This document shows positions 29,773 to 39,121 of a DNA stretch of 64,000 nt, one piece after another (the stretch's first letter is position 1; each line of letters begins with the position of its first letter). Location of the stretch: NCBI GenBank assembly GCA_963674965.2, contig CAXXFL010000003.1, positions 160,001-224,000 on the forward strand, written 5' to 3'. Made by a program: the position numbers and the translations under genes. This stretch comes from a bacterium. Lineage in GTDB: Bacteria; RBG-13-61-14; DATKZS01. The notes under the pieces were generated by a model. It did no database searches. It was not told where the DNA came from and worked only from the letters and a program-made list of their open reading frames with translations.

Positions 29773-30675
29773 TTAAATAAGGCTGGTCGAGAAATACCTC
29801 TCGGCCCTGTCGGGAAGGACCGTCACCACCCTGAGGCCGTTGCCTATCTTCTCGGCCAGACGGAGAGCGGCCCAGACGTTGGCGCCCGAGCTGGTCCCCG
29901 CCAGGATGCCCTCGAGGCGGGCTATGCGGCGGGCCTCGTCCACGGCGTCCTCATCGCTGACCGTGATCACCTCGTCGATCATCTCCACGTCGAGCACCGC
30001 GGGGATGAACCCGTCCCCTATGCCCTGAATCTGGTGCAGGCCCGGCTCCTGGCCGAGGATGGCCGCCGAGTTCCTCGGCTCCACCGCCACCACCAGGATT
30101 TTCGGGTCCTTTTCCTTGAGGAACCGGCCCACGCCCTGCAGGGTCCCGCCGCTGCCCACGCCCGCCACGAAGGCGTCGATTTCGCCCTCCATCTGCTCCC
30201 ATATCTCGGCGGCCGTCTGGCTGTAATGCGCGCGGGGGTTGCCCTCGTTCTCGAACTGCTGGGGCACCCAGACGTTGGGGTCGGCGTCCCGCATCTCGTA
30301 AACCTTTCTGAGGCAGCCCTCGAGGCTTTCCTCGGCCGGCGTCAGGATCATCTCCCCGCCAAGGGCGCGGATGATCTTCTTCCTCTCCTCGCTCATGTTC
30401 TCCGGCATCACGATGGCAACCCGGTAGCCCTTCTGTACGCCCACCAGCACCATGCCTATGCCCGTGTTGCCCGAGCTGGCCTCGACGATGACCGAGCCGG
30501 GACGCAGAGCGCCCGCCTCCTCGGCCTCCTCGATAAGCAGCTTGGCAACCCGGTCCTTGATCGACCCGCCCGGGTTTAGAAGCTCGAGCTTGGCGAAGAT
30601 GTTCTTATCCGACAGTCTTTTCAGTTTCACCATGGGCGTTTGGCCGATGGCGTCCAAAACGGATTCCAGGTACAT
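29773..30675 (-). CDS. cysK: Cysteine synthase A
   Basis: NPGGSIKDR (PLP Lys), SSGNTG, QQFEN, GVGSGGT, HQIQGIG, ERYFST. Confidence 0.9.
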   Translation of the reverse strand: MYLESVLDAIGQTPMVKLKRLSDKNIFAKLELLNPGGSIKDRVAKLLIEEAEEAGALRPGSVIVEASSGNTGIGMVLVGVQKGYRVAIVMPENMSEERKKIIRALGGEMILTPAEESLEGCLRKVYEMRDADPNVWVPQQFENEGNPRAHYSQTAAEIWEQMEGEIDAFVAGVGSGGTLQGVGRFLKEKDPKILVVAVEPRNSAAILGQEPGLHQIQGIGDGFIPAVLDVEMIDEVITVSDEDAVDEARRIARLEGILAGTSSGANVWAALRLAEKIGNGLRVVTVLPDRAERYFSTSLI

Positions 30676-30707
30676 CTGGGTCTCCTCGATAGGGGCGAAG
30701 GGGCGCC

Positions 30708-31487
30708 TCAGGATAGCTTGAGCCCGTCCTCCACGTATTTGCGGCCCTTGCTCGAGAGCTTGAAACGAACGGTCTTGCCCTGGTCGTGCTTGGCTATGAA
30801 GCCCGACCGCGTGGCGTGGTTGATCACCCGGTCGATGTTGTCGCCCGGGTCCTGGGACACGGCGCGGTAACATCTTTTGATCTCGGCCACGGTGAAGTCC
30901 GAGCCCTTGCCCTGGGTCTCCATGTAATGGCCGTAAACCATGACCCGGTCGTGATGGGTCCGGGGCTTAAGGTCCTCGTTGACCTTGCCCAGCTCCTCCG
31001 ACCGCACCCGGGGCGCGCGGCGCCGGGCGATAAACTCGGGCGGGGGCGGGGCCTTCTCGGCCGCTTCCCGCCTCGGTTCTCGAGGCGTCTCCTTTTCGTC
31101 GCAGATGGCCTCGGTGATGTCGTCAGGGCTCATCTGCCCTATCGAGTGCCGGGTGTATTCCTCGTGGACCTCGGTCGAGCTGAGGCTCGGCCGCTTGGGC
31201 TCCGAGAAAACGCGGGAGGGCGCGAACGGCCTGTCCATCCTTCCCGGCTGGGAAGGAGCGGAAGCGGGCTTGCCCTGAAACGAGCCGTTTTTCTGCTCCC
31301 TTGGGGGAGGGGCCGAAGGCGGACGAGGGGGAGGGGCGGGGGCCTTTTCGGCCGGGCCGGCCTCCTTGTCAAGACGAGCCAGGACCCGCATGATAAAGGG
31401 CTCGTATTGATGCATCTGTGACTCGACGAAACCCGGGTCGCCGGAAAACTCGACCGTGAACAATTCGCAGGAAAATTTGAACTCCAT
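30708..31487 (-). CDS. Hypothetical protein: short N-terminal domain, Pro-rich linker, C-terminal winged-helix-like domain
   Basis: FTVAEIKRCY..INHATRSGFI..FKLSSKGRKYVE resembles a wHTH. Confidence 0.55.
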   Translation of the reverse strand: MEFKFSCELFTVEFSGDPGFVESQMHQYEPFIMRVLARLDKEAGPAEKAPAPPPRPPSAPPPREQKNGSFQGKPASAPSQPGRMDRPFAPSRVFSEPKRPSLSSTEVHEEYTRHSIGQMSPDDITEAICDEKETPREPRREAAEKAPPPPEFIARRRAPRVRSEELGKVNEDLKPRTHHDRVMVYGHYMETQGKGSDFTVAEIKRCYRAVSQDPGDNIDRVINHATRSGFIAKHDQGKTVRFKLSSKGRKYVEDGLKLS

Positions 31488-31614
31488 TTCTGATTCCTTT
31501 TTCTGGGGGTGCGCCTCGGCCCGAAGGCGGACGGACGTCATTATACGCTTATAATTTATCATGTTACGGCGGACGTTACAAGGAGGACAAAAAAACCTTT
31601 AAATACGGCCAACC

Positions 31615-32529
31615 TCAGGGAGGAAATTTGGCGAGCCTCGAGCCGAACAAATGCGTAGACAAATATCGGTCTCCCCCGTCGGGAAAAACCAGGACCAGGG
31701 TCGAGCCGGCCGCGAGGTCACGGGCCGCCTCGAGAGCGCCCCACAAAGCAGCGCCGCTGGAAATGCCCACCAAAAGGCCCTCCTCCATGGCCAGCCGCCG
31801 GGCGTACTCGAAGGCGCCCTCGTCCCTTACCATGATGGTACGGTCGATACGGCCGTGGTAATACAAGCCGGGACACATCGACTCCTCCATGTTCTTAAGG
31901 CCCGGTATGTGATGGCCCTTAACCGGCTCGACGGCTATGGCACGGACCTTCGGCTCCTTTTCCTTCAAGTAGCGGCTAACGCCCATCAGAGTGCCCGACG
32001 TCCCGACGCCAGCGACGAAATGAGTCACCTCGCCGCCCGTCTGGTCCCATATCTCGGGACCGGTGGTCTCGTAGTGGACCAGGAAGTTGTAGGGGTTGTC
32101 GAACCGGTTGGGCATGAAGTATTTGTCCGGGTCGGACTCCATAATCCGGGCGGCCTCGCGGACGGCGCCGTCCGCGCCCTCGGAAGACGGCGTCAAAACT
32201 ATCGTCGCGCCCAGGGCCTGGAGAAGACTCCTTCGCTCGAGGCTCACGCTCTCGGGCATGGTCAGGGTGAGGCCAAACCCCATGGCCGCCGACGTCATGG
32301 CCAGGCCGATGCCGGCGTTGCCCGAGGTCGCCTCGAGCACGGTCTTGCCCAGAGTAAGGTCCCCCTTCTCCACCGCCATGAGCAACATCTTTTTAGCGAT
32401 CCTGTCCTTGACCGACCCGCAGGGGTTCGCGCCCTCGAGCTTGGCCAGCACCCTTACCTTGTCGCGAAAGGGATTAAGCTTCTCTATCTCCACCAGCGGG
32501 GTCCCGCCTATGGCCTCAAGCACGCCCAT
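31615..32529 (-). CDS. Second PLP-dependent cysteine synthase-family protein (CysM-like)
   Basis: NPCGSVKDR, TSGNAG, GVGTSGT, GISSG, DGGDRYLST. Confidence 0.85.
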   Translation of the reverse strand: MGVLEAIGGTPLVEIEKLNPFRDKVRVLAKLEGANPCGSVKDRIAKKMLLMAVEKGDLTLGKTVLEATSGNAGIGLAMTSAAMGFGLTLTMPESVSLERRSLLQALGATIVLTPSSEGADGAVREAARIMESDPDKYFMPNRFDNPYNFLVHYETTGPEIWDQTGGEVTHFVAGVGTSGTLMGVSRYLKEKEPKVRAIAVEPVKGHHIPGLKNMEESMCPGLYYHGRIDRTIMVRDEGAFEYARRLAMEEGLLVGISSGAALWGALEAARDLAAGSTLVLVFPDGGDRYLSTHLFGSRLAKFPP

Positions 32530-32727
32530 ATATTCTCCCAAACCGCCCGGAACGCTCCGGGCTATCATCGATCGTTTCCGCCCGCCTGAAATAAGGTGGC
32601 CCGGATAGCTTTGCTATCTGGGCGCCGACAGGCGGCGGAAAGTAAAGGCCGATGGATATCCGGCCATGGGTTCTTTACTTCCCAAGGTCTCGCGCCGCTC
32701 GGACGGCCGAGTTATCCGGACACGCTG

Positions 32728-32760
32728 AAAAAAAGCGGGGACGGAATAATCCGTCCCCGC
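32728..32760 (-). terminator. Intrinsic terminator closing the PqqD-lipoprotein-peptide unit
   Basis: Minus strand GCGGGGACGG-ATTATT-CCGTCCCCGC followed by T7. Confidence 0.9.
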
Positions 32761-32782
32761 CGGTTGGTTAGTGGTTTAAAAA

Positions 32783-32902
32783 TTATCCGAAGGCCGGGGC
32801 CGCGGTCCCGCCGGTGCCTGGAATCGAGGTGGCGCTGGCGAAAGTAATGTTAACGAGCGGCTCGTTCTTCTTAACCGAAGGCTTGGTGTATTTCTTCTTC
32901 AT
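32783..32902 (-). CDS. 39-aa RiPP-precursor-like peptide MKKKYTKPSVKKNEPLVNITFASATSIPGTGGTAAPAFG (absent from the ORF track)
   Basis: AAAGGAG RBS 6 nt before ATG; YxxP leader motif and Thr20; lies between the lipoprotein stop and the terminator. Confidence 0.8.
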   Translation of the reverse strand: MKKKYTKPSVKKNEPLVNITFASATSIPGTGGTAAPAFG

Positions 32903-32928
32903 GGATTTCTCCTTTCTGGCTTCCATCG

Positions 32929-34779
32929 TTACTGAACGCATACGTGCGACGGCCACTGCTGGTAACCGCCCTGGTTCGCGGCGGTGCCCACGTTCCTGGG
33001 GGTGGCCATACCGCTATGCTGGATGTTGTAGTTGGAAAGCTCGCCCTGGGCGCCTCTGAGGATGTAATCCATCTCGGGCACCGCCGGGTCGTTGCATCCC
33101 TGGTTGGCGTCGTTCAGGTAAGCGGCGCCGCCGAAGGGATAGCAGGGGTCGTTCCAGCCGTCACCCGCGAAGCCCTTGGCGTAGAAGGTGGCCGCGTCGG
33201 TGAAGCTCTTGGTCCAGGACTGCTTGATCGAGGTGTAGCCGGAGAAGGTGTCCAGGAAGAAACTGGCTCCCAGTCCGCTTTTCCCGGCCTGGACCTTGAA
33301 GAAGTAAAGGCACATGATCAGATCGAAATCGGCGTCCGCGCCCTGCTGGTTGATGTTGACGTTGTAATAGGTGTAAGTGGCGCTGGTGGTCATCCAGCGC
33401 TCCTCAGGCCAGTAAACGCTGACCACGCCGCTCTTGGGCACGATGAAGTTCGCGATGCCGTAGTCGCCGGCCCAGGCGGGCATGTAGCCGGCGCTCAACA
33501 TGCGCATCTCGCCGCCGTACAAGGTGTAGTAACGGCCGGCGGAACTTCCGGCGCTGATGAAGCCGTTAAAGGTCTCGAACTCGCCAGTGGCGGCGTACAT
33601 GGCCAGCCAGCCGGCACTGGTGTCGCCTGGCGTGTTGAGCGCGTTGGGCAGCTCGAACTGGGTGTAGGACGGATAGTGCTTGTTGCACATGGTGGCGTTT
33701 TCGCAGGGCATGACGGCCCTGGTGGAAGCGCCGCGCACTATGGTTCCGCCCTGGGAGTTGCCCTGAGAGGTGACCACGTTCAGCACGAAGGGATTGTACC
33801 TTAAAACGTAGGCGATCTGGTTGTAGTAGAAATATCCGGACTGCTGCCTGTAGTAGTTGCCCACTTCCTGGGCCTCGAGCCTGTCGGGATACTCGACGCC
33901 GACGGCCATGGCGAAGTACTGGCCCGGGCTGACCACGTTGGCCACGGACGCGCCGTAGCCGGACATGACGTTCGAGCGGCGAGGGTTACCAATGGCGTAA
34001 ATCCCTCTATTGGGGGCGCTGGACAGGTTGTCCGCCAGGTCGGTGGCCATCAGGTAGAAGGTGGTCCTGTCATAGAAGTCGTAGCGGGAGTCGGTGGTCG
34101 GGTCGTCCCAGGGGAAGTAGTCCGCCGTGACGGTGGCGCGGAACTCGTAGTTGCCGGCCTGGTTTCCGAAGTCCCAGATCGTGCTCCTGGAGCCGCACTC
34201 GGGATGGATGGCCTGGAAGGGCTTTTTCATGGTTACGACCGTCGATCCGGCGCAACCCATCTCGTTGAAGGGCTCGTAGCCCAGCGAGTAGTAGATGCCG
34301 TCCTCAACGTAGCAGTAGCCGCCGCCGTTGATGGACTGCTGGCAACCGGTGTCGCCCGCGCCCGGAAGGTGGCAGGTGGTACCGTCAAGGGCGATGAAGT
34401 CGGCGTTGTCGAACCTGGCGCTGACGCAGGTCTGGCAGGCCGAGGTGAACACGAAGGCGTTGGCCATGTACTCGTCGGAGTCCAGGTTGACGAGCCTGAC
34501 CCAGCCGGTCGACTCGGCGCCCACTCCGCTGGTCGGGGTGTCGCCCATCTCGAGCGCGACCGTATGGCCGCCGATAACCGCCGTGGCGGCGCCGGAGCCG
34601 TTTCCGATGATGATCTGTCCGTCCTGATAGGATATCGGGATGGACTCGAAGTTAGCCTGGTCGCCCGGGGTTACCGAATCCTCGGAACTCGAGGGCCCCA
34701 TGCATCCGGCAAACAAGAGCCCGGCGCATACCAGCGCGAGACCCATTAATTTGCCCGTCTTGAAAAACCTTTTCATCAT
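32929..34779 (-). CDS. Large Cys/Tyr/Gly-rich lipoprotein of unknown function
   Basis: Lipobox LLFAGC after a basic N-region; AAAGGAG RBS; possible cohesin-like segment. Confidence 0.75.
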   Translation of the reverse strand: MMKRFFKTGKLMGLALVCAGLLFAGCMGPSSSEDSVTPGDQANFESIPISYQDGQIIIGNGSGAATAVIGGHTVALEMGDTPTSGVGAESTGWVRLVNLDSDEYMANAFVFTSACQTCVSARFDNADFIALDGTTCHLPGAGDTGCQQSINGGGYCYVEDGIYYSLGYEPFNEMGCAGSTVVTMKKPFQAIHPECGSRSTIWDFGNQAGNYEFRATVTADYFPWDDPTTDSRYDFYDRTTFYLMATDLADNLSSAPNRGIYAIGNPRRSNVMSGYGASVANVVSPGQYFAMAVGVEYPDRLEAQEVGNYYRQQSGYFYYNQIAYVLRYNPFVLNVVTSQGNSQGGTIVRGASTRAVMPCENATMCNKHYPSYTQFELPNALNTPGDTSAGWLAMYAATGEFETFNGFISAGSSAGRYYTLYGGEMRMLSAGYMPAWAGDYGIANFIVPKSGVVSVYWPEERWMTTSATYTYYNVNINQQGADADFDLIMCLYFFKVQAGKSGLGASFFLDTFSGYTSIKQSWTKSFTDAATFYAKGFAGDGWNDPCYPFGGAAYLNDANQGCNDPAVPEMDYILRGAQGELSNYNIQHSGMATPRNVGTAANQGGYQQWPSHVCVQ

Positions 34780-34916
34780 TAAGTTCTCCTTTCAATAATG
34801 ACTTTAAGTTTCAAATCCTAAATCTCTTACGAAAAATCCCTTTCAAAACACGATTAAGCTTGTATCACCCCCTCTTCGATTTTCCTTAAATTCCAATACA
34901 TTGATTAAACCGATTA

Positions 34917-35186
34917 CTATTTTATAAGACCTTGTTCCCTTAAATCCGAAATAAACTCCTTAATGTCCCCCGCCGCCCGATTGGGCTCGACCTCGAAGGC
35001 CTCGCATAAAGATTTTACCATATCTTCCTCTTCGGCGCCGCCTTCTTTTTCGATCAGCTTCCACAGGAAACAGCCCGTCTCGTTCAGACTGAAATAAAAT
35101 TTGGTCTCGAGATGCAAAAGGACCGCGCTTCCGTCATCCAAATCCGTAAATACCACGTCTTCCCTTGCGCTATACTTCTTTCCCAA
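34917..35186 (-). CDS. PqqD-family RiPP recognition element (RRE)
   Basis: VVFTDLDDGSAVLLHLETKFYFSLNETGCFLWKLI..LCEAFEV..DIKEFISDLREQGLI. Confidence 0.9.
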   Translation of the reverse strand: MGKKYSAREDVVFTDLDDGSAVLLHLETKFYFSLNETGCFLWKLIEKEGGAEEEDMVKSLCEAFEVEPNRAAGDIKEFISDLREQGLIK

Positions 35187-35205
35187 TTTTATTTTCTCTC
35201 ACCCT

Positions 35206-35222
35206 TGCAATAATCGTTCCGG
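35206..35222 (-). promoter_or_regulatory. Possible sigma54 (-24/-12) promoter for the RRE gene
   Basis: Minus strand CCGGAACGATTATTGCA fits the GG-N10-GC spacing, but would leave a very short leader. Confidence 0.3.
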
Positions 35223-35804
35223 CTAGAGTATTCAAAACCGAAAACGTTTTAAAATCAATACTTTAGAAGCGCTACAACCCTATCGAAAAATGTCATATGT
35301 CCCGAAAATCATGTACTTTTTTCGAGATAAAGACATAAAAGTCTAACAATTTTGCGCACTTCATCCTTTTCTACGCGACTCTATTGATTTAGCATATACC
35401 CAAATAATTGTCAATAGAAAAATTAAAAATTTTCATCTAAACCTATCCGATGAATAATAGACGCGTAATTCCATAAAACGTCACCCCTGGTCATCTCCTC
35501 GCAAGGCCAGAGTTATGTCAAGGCAACCCATCCTTTTCTCATGATCCGGAAAGAAGCGTGCCGTCTCAAGCCGCATGGACCATGACGGGCATTCGAGCGA
35601 AATCTTACGACGTCGCCAAGAAACCCTCGAAATTTTTTCAACGACTTCGTCCGGCCGGGCGAAAAAGCCCTCTCGACCGTCGGTCCTACTTGCCCTTGGC
35701 GGCCGCGAGCTTACGGGCCGGTCCCGTCTCCGGATATTCCAAATCCGGCGCCATGCCTTGAAGTTCGATCCATATAATGGTAACATTTTTGCAAATTCCA
35801 GGAA

Positions 35805-37022
35805 TTGAAAGGAAAGGCGTTGAAAAAGGCATCTTTATTTATAGAGTTGATTTTGATTTTCTCCCTCTTCGCGGGCCTTGCGGGGGCCAAGTGCGGGGAC
35901 AAGGACAAGTCGCCGGCCAAGGACCCCCTTAAGGAAAAGGCCCTCGAGCACTACGCCGAGGGCAGGCGGCTTTTCTTAAGTTGCGATCCCAACGTTTACG
36001 CCAAGGCCAAGGACGAGTTCGACATGTCTCTTTCCTTCTGGGAGGACAACCCCGAGGCCCTGGCGGCCCGGGCGGAGACGATCTCGATGTGGTACGGCTT
36101 CATGCTCCCCGAGGAGGCCTTCCAGGCGGCTTACATGGACGCCCAGCGGGCGGTCAGGCTGGACCCCGATCTGGACATGGGCTACAGGGCCATGGCCGAC
36201 CTTTTCCGGCACCACCGCGACCCGGAAACGGGAGAGTTCGACGTGGAGTACGCCCTTTCCGTGATCGAGAGGGCCATGGGCAAGAACCCGGACTCGGCGG
36301 AGAACCTGTACGTGAAGGGCTCGATTTACCTTTCCCGGGACCCGGCGGCGGCCATCGAGATACTTCAGAAGGCGGTCTCGTTAAACCCTAACCTGGGCAA
36401 GTCATACTTTAACCTGGCCAGCGCGCGCCAGATGCTGGCCGACCGGATGAAACTCGAGCTGGCCAACGACCCGGAGAAGCTCGAGGAGGCCAGACAGGCC
36501 ATCGACGCCCATTACGCCGAGGCGGAAAGGTTGCTTGGCTCTTACGTGCGGATAGTTCCGGGAGACCTGGCGGGATACTGCTCGAGCGGCATCGTCAAGC
36601 AAAGGTTGGGAAAAACGGACGAGGCTGAAACCATGTTCCAGGAAACGGTCAAGATCAACCGGTCGCCGGACAAGTCCCAGGACGTCTGGAGGATACTGGC
36701 CTATTTGCAGCTCGCCTCGATCGCGGAGACGCGGGATTCCGACCTCGAGGCGGCCAGGCTCTACCTGGACGGGGCCTACAAGCTGGCGCCCATGAACCGG
36801 GAAACCCTTCTGCGGCTTATCGACTTAAGCGGCAAACAAAAAAACGAGGATGACGTAAAACGCTTCGCCGAGGAGCTTCAAAAGGCCCAAACCACCATGC
36901 GCGAAAGGCTGGCTCCCCAGGCGGGCGACACGGCCGGGACCGCCGCCGGCGACGCGGCGGCCCCGATGCCCGGCGGCGACGAAGCGGCCGAGGGGGGGGA
37001 CACGACCCGGCCCTCCCCCTGA
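35805..37022 (+). CDS. Exported TPR-repeat protein
   Basis: N-terminal hydrophobic segment + Cys; RAVRLDP, KAVSLNP..YFNLA, YKLAP. Confidence 0.75.
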   Translation: MKGKALKKASLFIELILIFSLFAGLAGAKCGDKDKSPAKDPLKEKALEHYAEGRRLFLSCDPNVYAKAKDEFDMSLSFWEDNPEALAARAETISMWYGFMLPEEAFQAAYMDAQRAVRLDPDLDMGYRAMADLFRHHRDPETGEFDVEYALSVIERAMGKNPDSAENLYVKGSIYLSRDPAAAIEILQKAVSLNPNLGKSYFNLASARQMLADRMKLELANDPEKLEEARQAIDAHYAEAERLLGSYVRIVPGDLAGYCSSGIVKQRLGKTDEAETMFQETVKINRSPDKSQDVWRILAYLQLASIAETRDSDLEAARLYLDGAYKLAPMNRETLLRLIDLSGKQKNEDDVKRFAEELQKAQTTMRERLAPQAGDTAGTAAGDAAAPMPGGDEAAEGGDTTRPSP

Positions 37023-37084
37023 CGGAAAGGCCGCCTCCTTGGGTCATGGGCCCGCTTCAGGGGCCTGAAAGGAGGACCGAAAAG

Positions 37085-37681
37085 ATGTTGAACTCGGGCG
37101 TCCTGGTACTGAACAAGTCGTTCATGCCGGTACACGTGACCACCGTTCGCCGCGCTCTCACGCTTCTTTACCAGGGCGTCGCCAAGGCCGTCAACGAGCA
37201 ATACGAGGTCTTCAACTTCGACGACTGGAGCCAGCTCAAGCCGCTGGAGGGCCAGCCGTCGATCGGGCTGGTGGGAGGCTCGATCCGGGTCCCTCGCGTC
37301 ATCCTTCTTACCACCTACAACCGCCTGCCCAAGCGGCACGTCAGGTTCTCTCGTCTCAATATATTCCTCAGGGACAAGAACACCTGCCAGTACTGCGGCC
37401 AGACCCTTCCCCGAAAGGAACTCAACATCGACCACGTGATCCCGCGCTCGAGGGGCGGGACCTCGGTATGGGACAACGTGGTCTGCTCCTGCTTCGAGTG
37501 CAACAGGAGAAAGGGGGGAAGAACGCCCGAGGAGGCGAGGATGCGCCTGATCCGCAAGCCGGCCCGGCCCAGGTGGACCCCCAGCTTCGGTTTCAGGTTC
37601 GATCCCCATAATTACAGGGAATGGGTGCCCTTCCTCGACTTCATAGACGCGTCCTATTGGCACGCGGAGCTTATGGAATGA
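37085..37681 (+). CDS. HNH endonuclease (McrA/HNH_5-like)
   Basis: VLVLN N-terminus; RDKNTCQYCG, IDHVIPRSRGG, WDNVVCSCFECNRRKG. Confidence 0.9.
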   Translation: MLNSGVLVLNKSFMPVHVTTVRRALTLLYQGVAKAVNEQYEVFNFDDWSQLKPLEGQPSIGLVGGSIRVPRVILLTTYNRLPKRHVRFSRLNIFLRDKNTCQYCGQTLPRKELNIDHVIPRSRGGTSVWDNVVCSCFECNRRKGGRTPEEARMRLIRKPARPRWTPSFGFRFDPHNYREWVPFLDFIDASYWHAELME

Positions 37682-38145
37682 AGAAAAAAATCGTCCTGGC
37701 CGTTATCGCCCTGGCCGCCGTCTCCTTTGGATGGTGCGCTACCAAGAGACTGTTCCAGGACGACGAGAAAAAAATCCTCGAAACCATCGAGCTCATGCGC
37801 CAGGCGGCCGAGGCCAAAAACACCGACGCCTTCATGGAGCACTTCTCGGGCGACTATTCAGACAATAGCGGAAACTCCAAGCTGATCGTCTACGGCATGG
37901 TCAAGAACATACTGGGCGGGCTGGAGAAATTAAACGTCACGGTCAAGGACGTGGACGTGCTCGTGACGGGAGACACCGCCTATGCCACCGTGACCGTGAC
38001 CGCGGACGCGGTAAAAAGAGGAAAACGGATCGAGCCCTTCGGGACCGAGCAAAACCCCGAGCGGCCTCGCGTGACCTTCCGTAAAAGCTCCATGGGCAAT
38101 TGGAAAATCGTCAAAGTGGACGACGTCAGAAGCAATTCATTTTAA
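37678..38145 (+). CDS. Membrane-anchored NTF2/SnoaL-like protein
   Basis: ATGA overlap with HNH; N-terminal TM; FMEHFSGDY, VTGDTA, WKIV. Confidence 0.6.
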   Translation: MKKKIVLAVIALAAVSFGWCATKRLFQDDEKKILETIELMRQAAEAKNTDAFMEHFSGDYSDNSGNSKLIVYGMVKNILGGLEKLNVTVKDVDVLVTGDTAYATVTVTADAVKRGKRIEPFGTEQNPERPRVTFRKSSMGNWKIVKVDDVRSNSF

Positions 38146-38380
38146 AATCATCAATTTATACGGCTCATTCCGCTCCGGAATGATTCCCGACTATTTAACG
38201 CCCACTTTATATGAGGGTAATACTGGATAGGGCCAATAAGCTCAACTATCCGTTATTAAAATATTATTCCCATTCCATAAGCGGGGACCCGGCTTTGTCT
38301 CGACTCGTTCCGCCGCCTTGGAAAAGACCGCCATCCAATAAAGTTCACCCTTTCAGGCCATGAATTTTTTCATGTTTGAG

Positions 38381-38566
38381 GAGCCTCTTGCAAAATTCCC
38401 GCTTTGGAGTGCGGCGGCTCGACGCCGCTTTTCTTCCGAGCGGCTTGACGCGAGGCAAGCAGGTGTATTAATAGGCCTTGTCAAGCCAAGGCCATCGAAA
38501 GCGGTCTCAAGCGACCGAACTCCAAAGCGGCTATGCCGCAAAGAAAAGTACTTTTGCAAGAAGCTC
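38381..38566 (+). mobile_element. 186-bp MITE, copy 1
   Basis: TIRs GAGCCTCTTGCAAAA / TTTTGCAAGAAGCTC; TSD TGAG. Confidence 0.92.
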
Positions 38567-38704
38567 TGAGAAAACAGAAAAAACGAAACCTCCCTTCCAT
38601 AGTTTTTGGTCTGGAAAAAACACGCGGTTATGTTAAATCGTCAATATCCGGTATATGAAGCCGATAACGTCAATATTCCTAAACAACCGTTATAAAATAA
38701 TAAT

Positions 38705-38736
38705 AATAAACAAAGCCCCGGAAATCCATCCGGGGC
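38705..38736 (-). terminator. Probable terminator after the FmdB-family gene
   Basis: GCCCCGGA-N6-TCCGGGGC hairpin followed by a T-rich run on the minus strand. Confidence 0.6.
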
Positions 38737-38758
38737 CCTTCGAGATCAAAAAAGACGG

Positions 38759-39082
38759 TCAGGAGGCGGTGGAGCCAGCCGTGGCTTTATTTTCCGGGGA
38801 CTTGGACGTGGGTTTGGTCTCGGTCTTAGGTTCGCTTTTAACCTCGGTTTTCGACTCGGTGGAAGGGGCTTCTTTTTCCTTGCCCGCCCCGTTGGCTTTC
38901 GTCTTCCCTCCATAGTCGGTTACGTACCATCCGCTGCCTTTCAGATGAAAGGAACTCTCGCTGATAATTTTCCTGACCTTTTTCTTTTTACAGATCGGGC
39001 ATCGCGTAAGCGGCTTGTCGTTTATCCCCTGCCATTCCTCGAATATACCGCATTCGGGACATTCGTACTCATAGATAGGCAT
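38759..39082 (-). CDS. FmdB-family zinc-ribbon protein
   Basis: MPIYEYECPECG..CPIC..FHLKGSGWYVTDY and a low-complexity tail. Confidence 0.92.
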   Translation of the reverse strand: MPIYEYECPECGIFEEWQGINDKPLTRCPICKKKKVRKIISESSFHLKGSGWYVTDYGGKTKANGAGKEKEAPSTESKTEVKSEPKTETKPTSKSPENKATAGSTAS

Positions 39083-39121
39083 TTTAACAACCCCCAGAAG
39101 ACCTGGATTTAATTAAATATT

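Noticed and set aside
37085-37681. HNH nuclease as a CRISPR/IscB/defence effector
   Set aside because: Ordinary stand-alone HNH_5 protein; no RuvC motifs, array or methylase nearby.
38353-38569. Similar short ORFs (..RFGVRSLETAFDG.., ..WSAAARRRFSSER..) recurring at ~38.4, 47.4 and 61.4 kb, resembling a peptide family
   Set aside because: They are translations of the 186-bp MITE copies.
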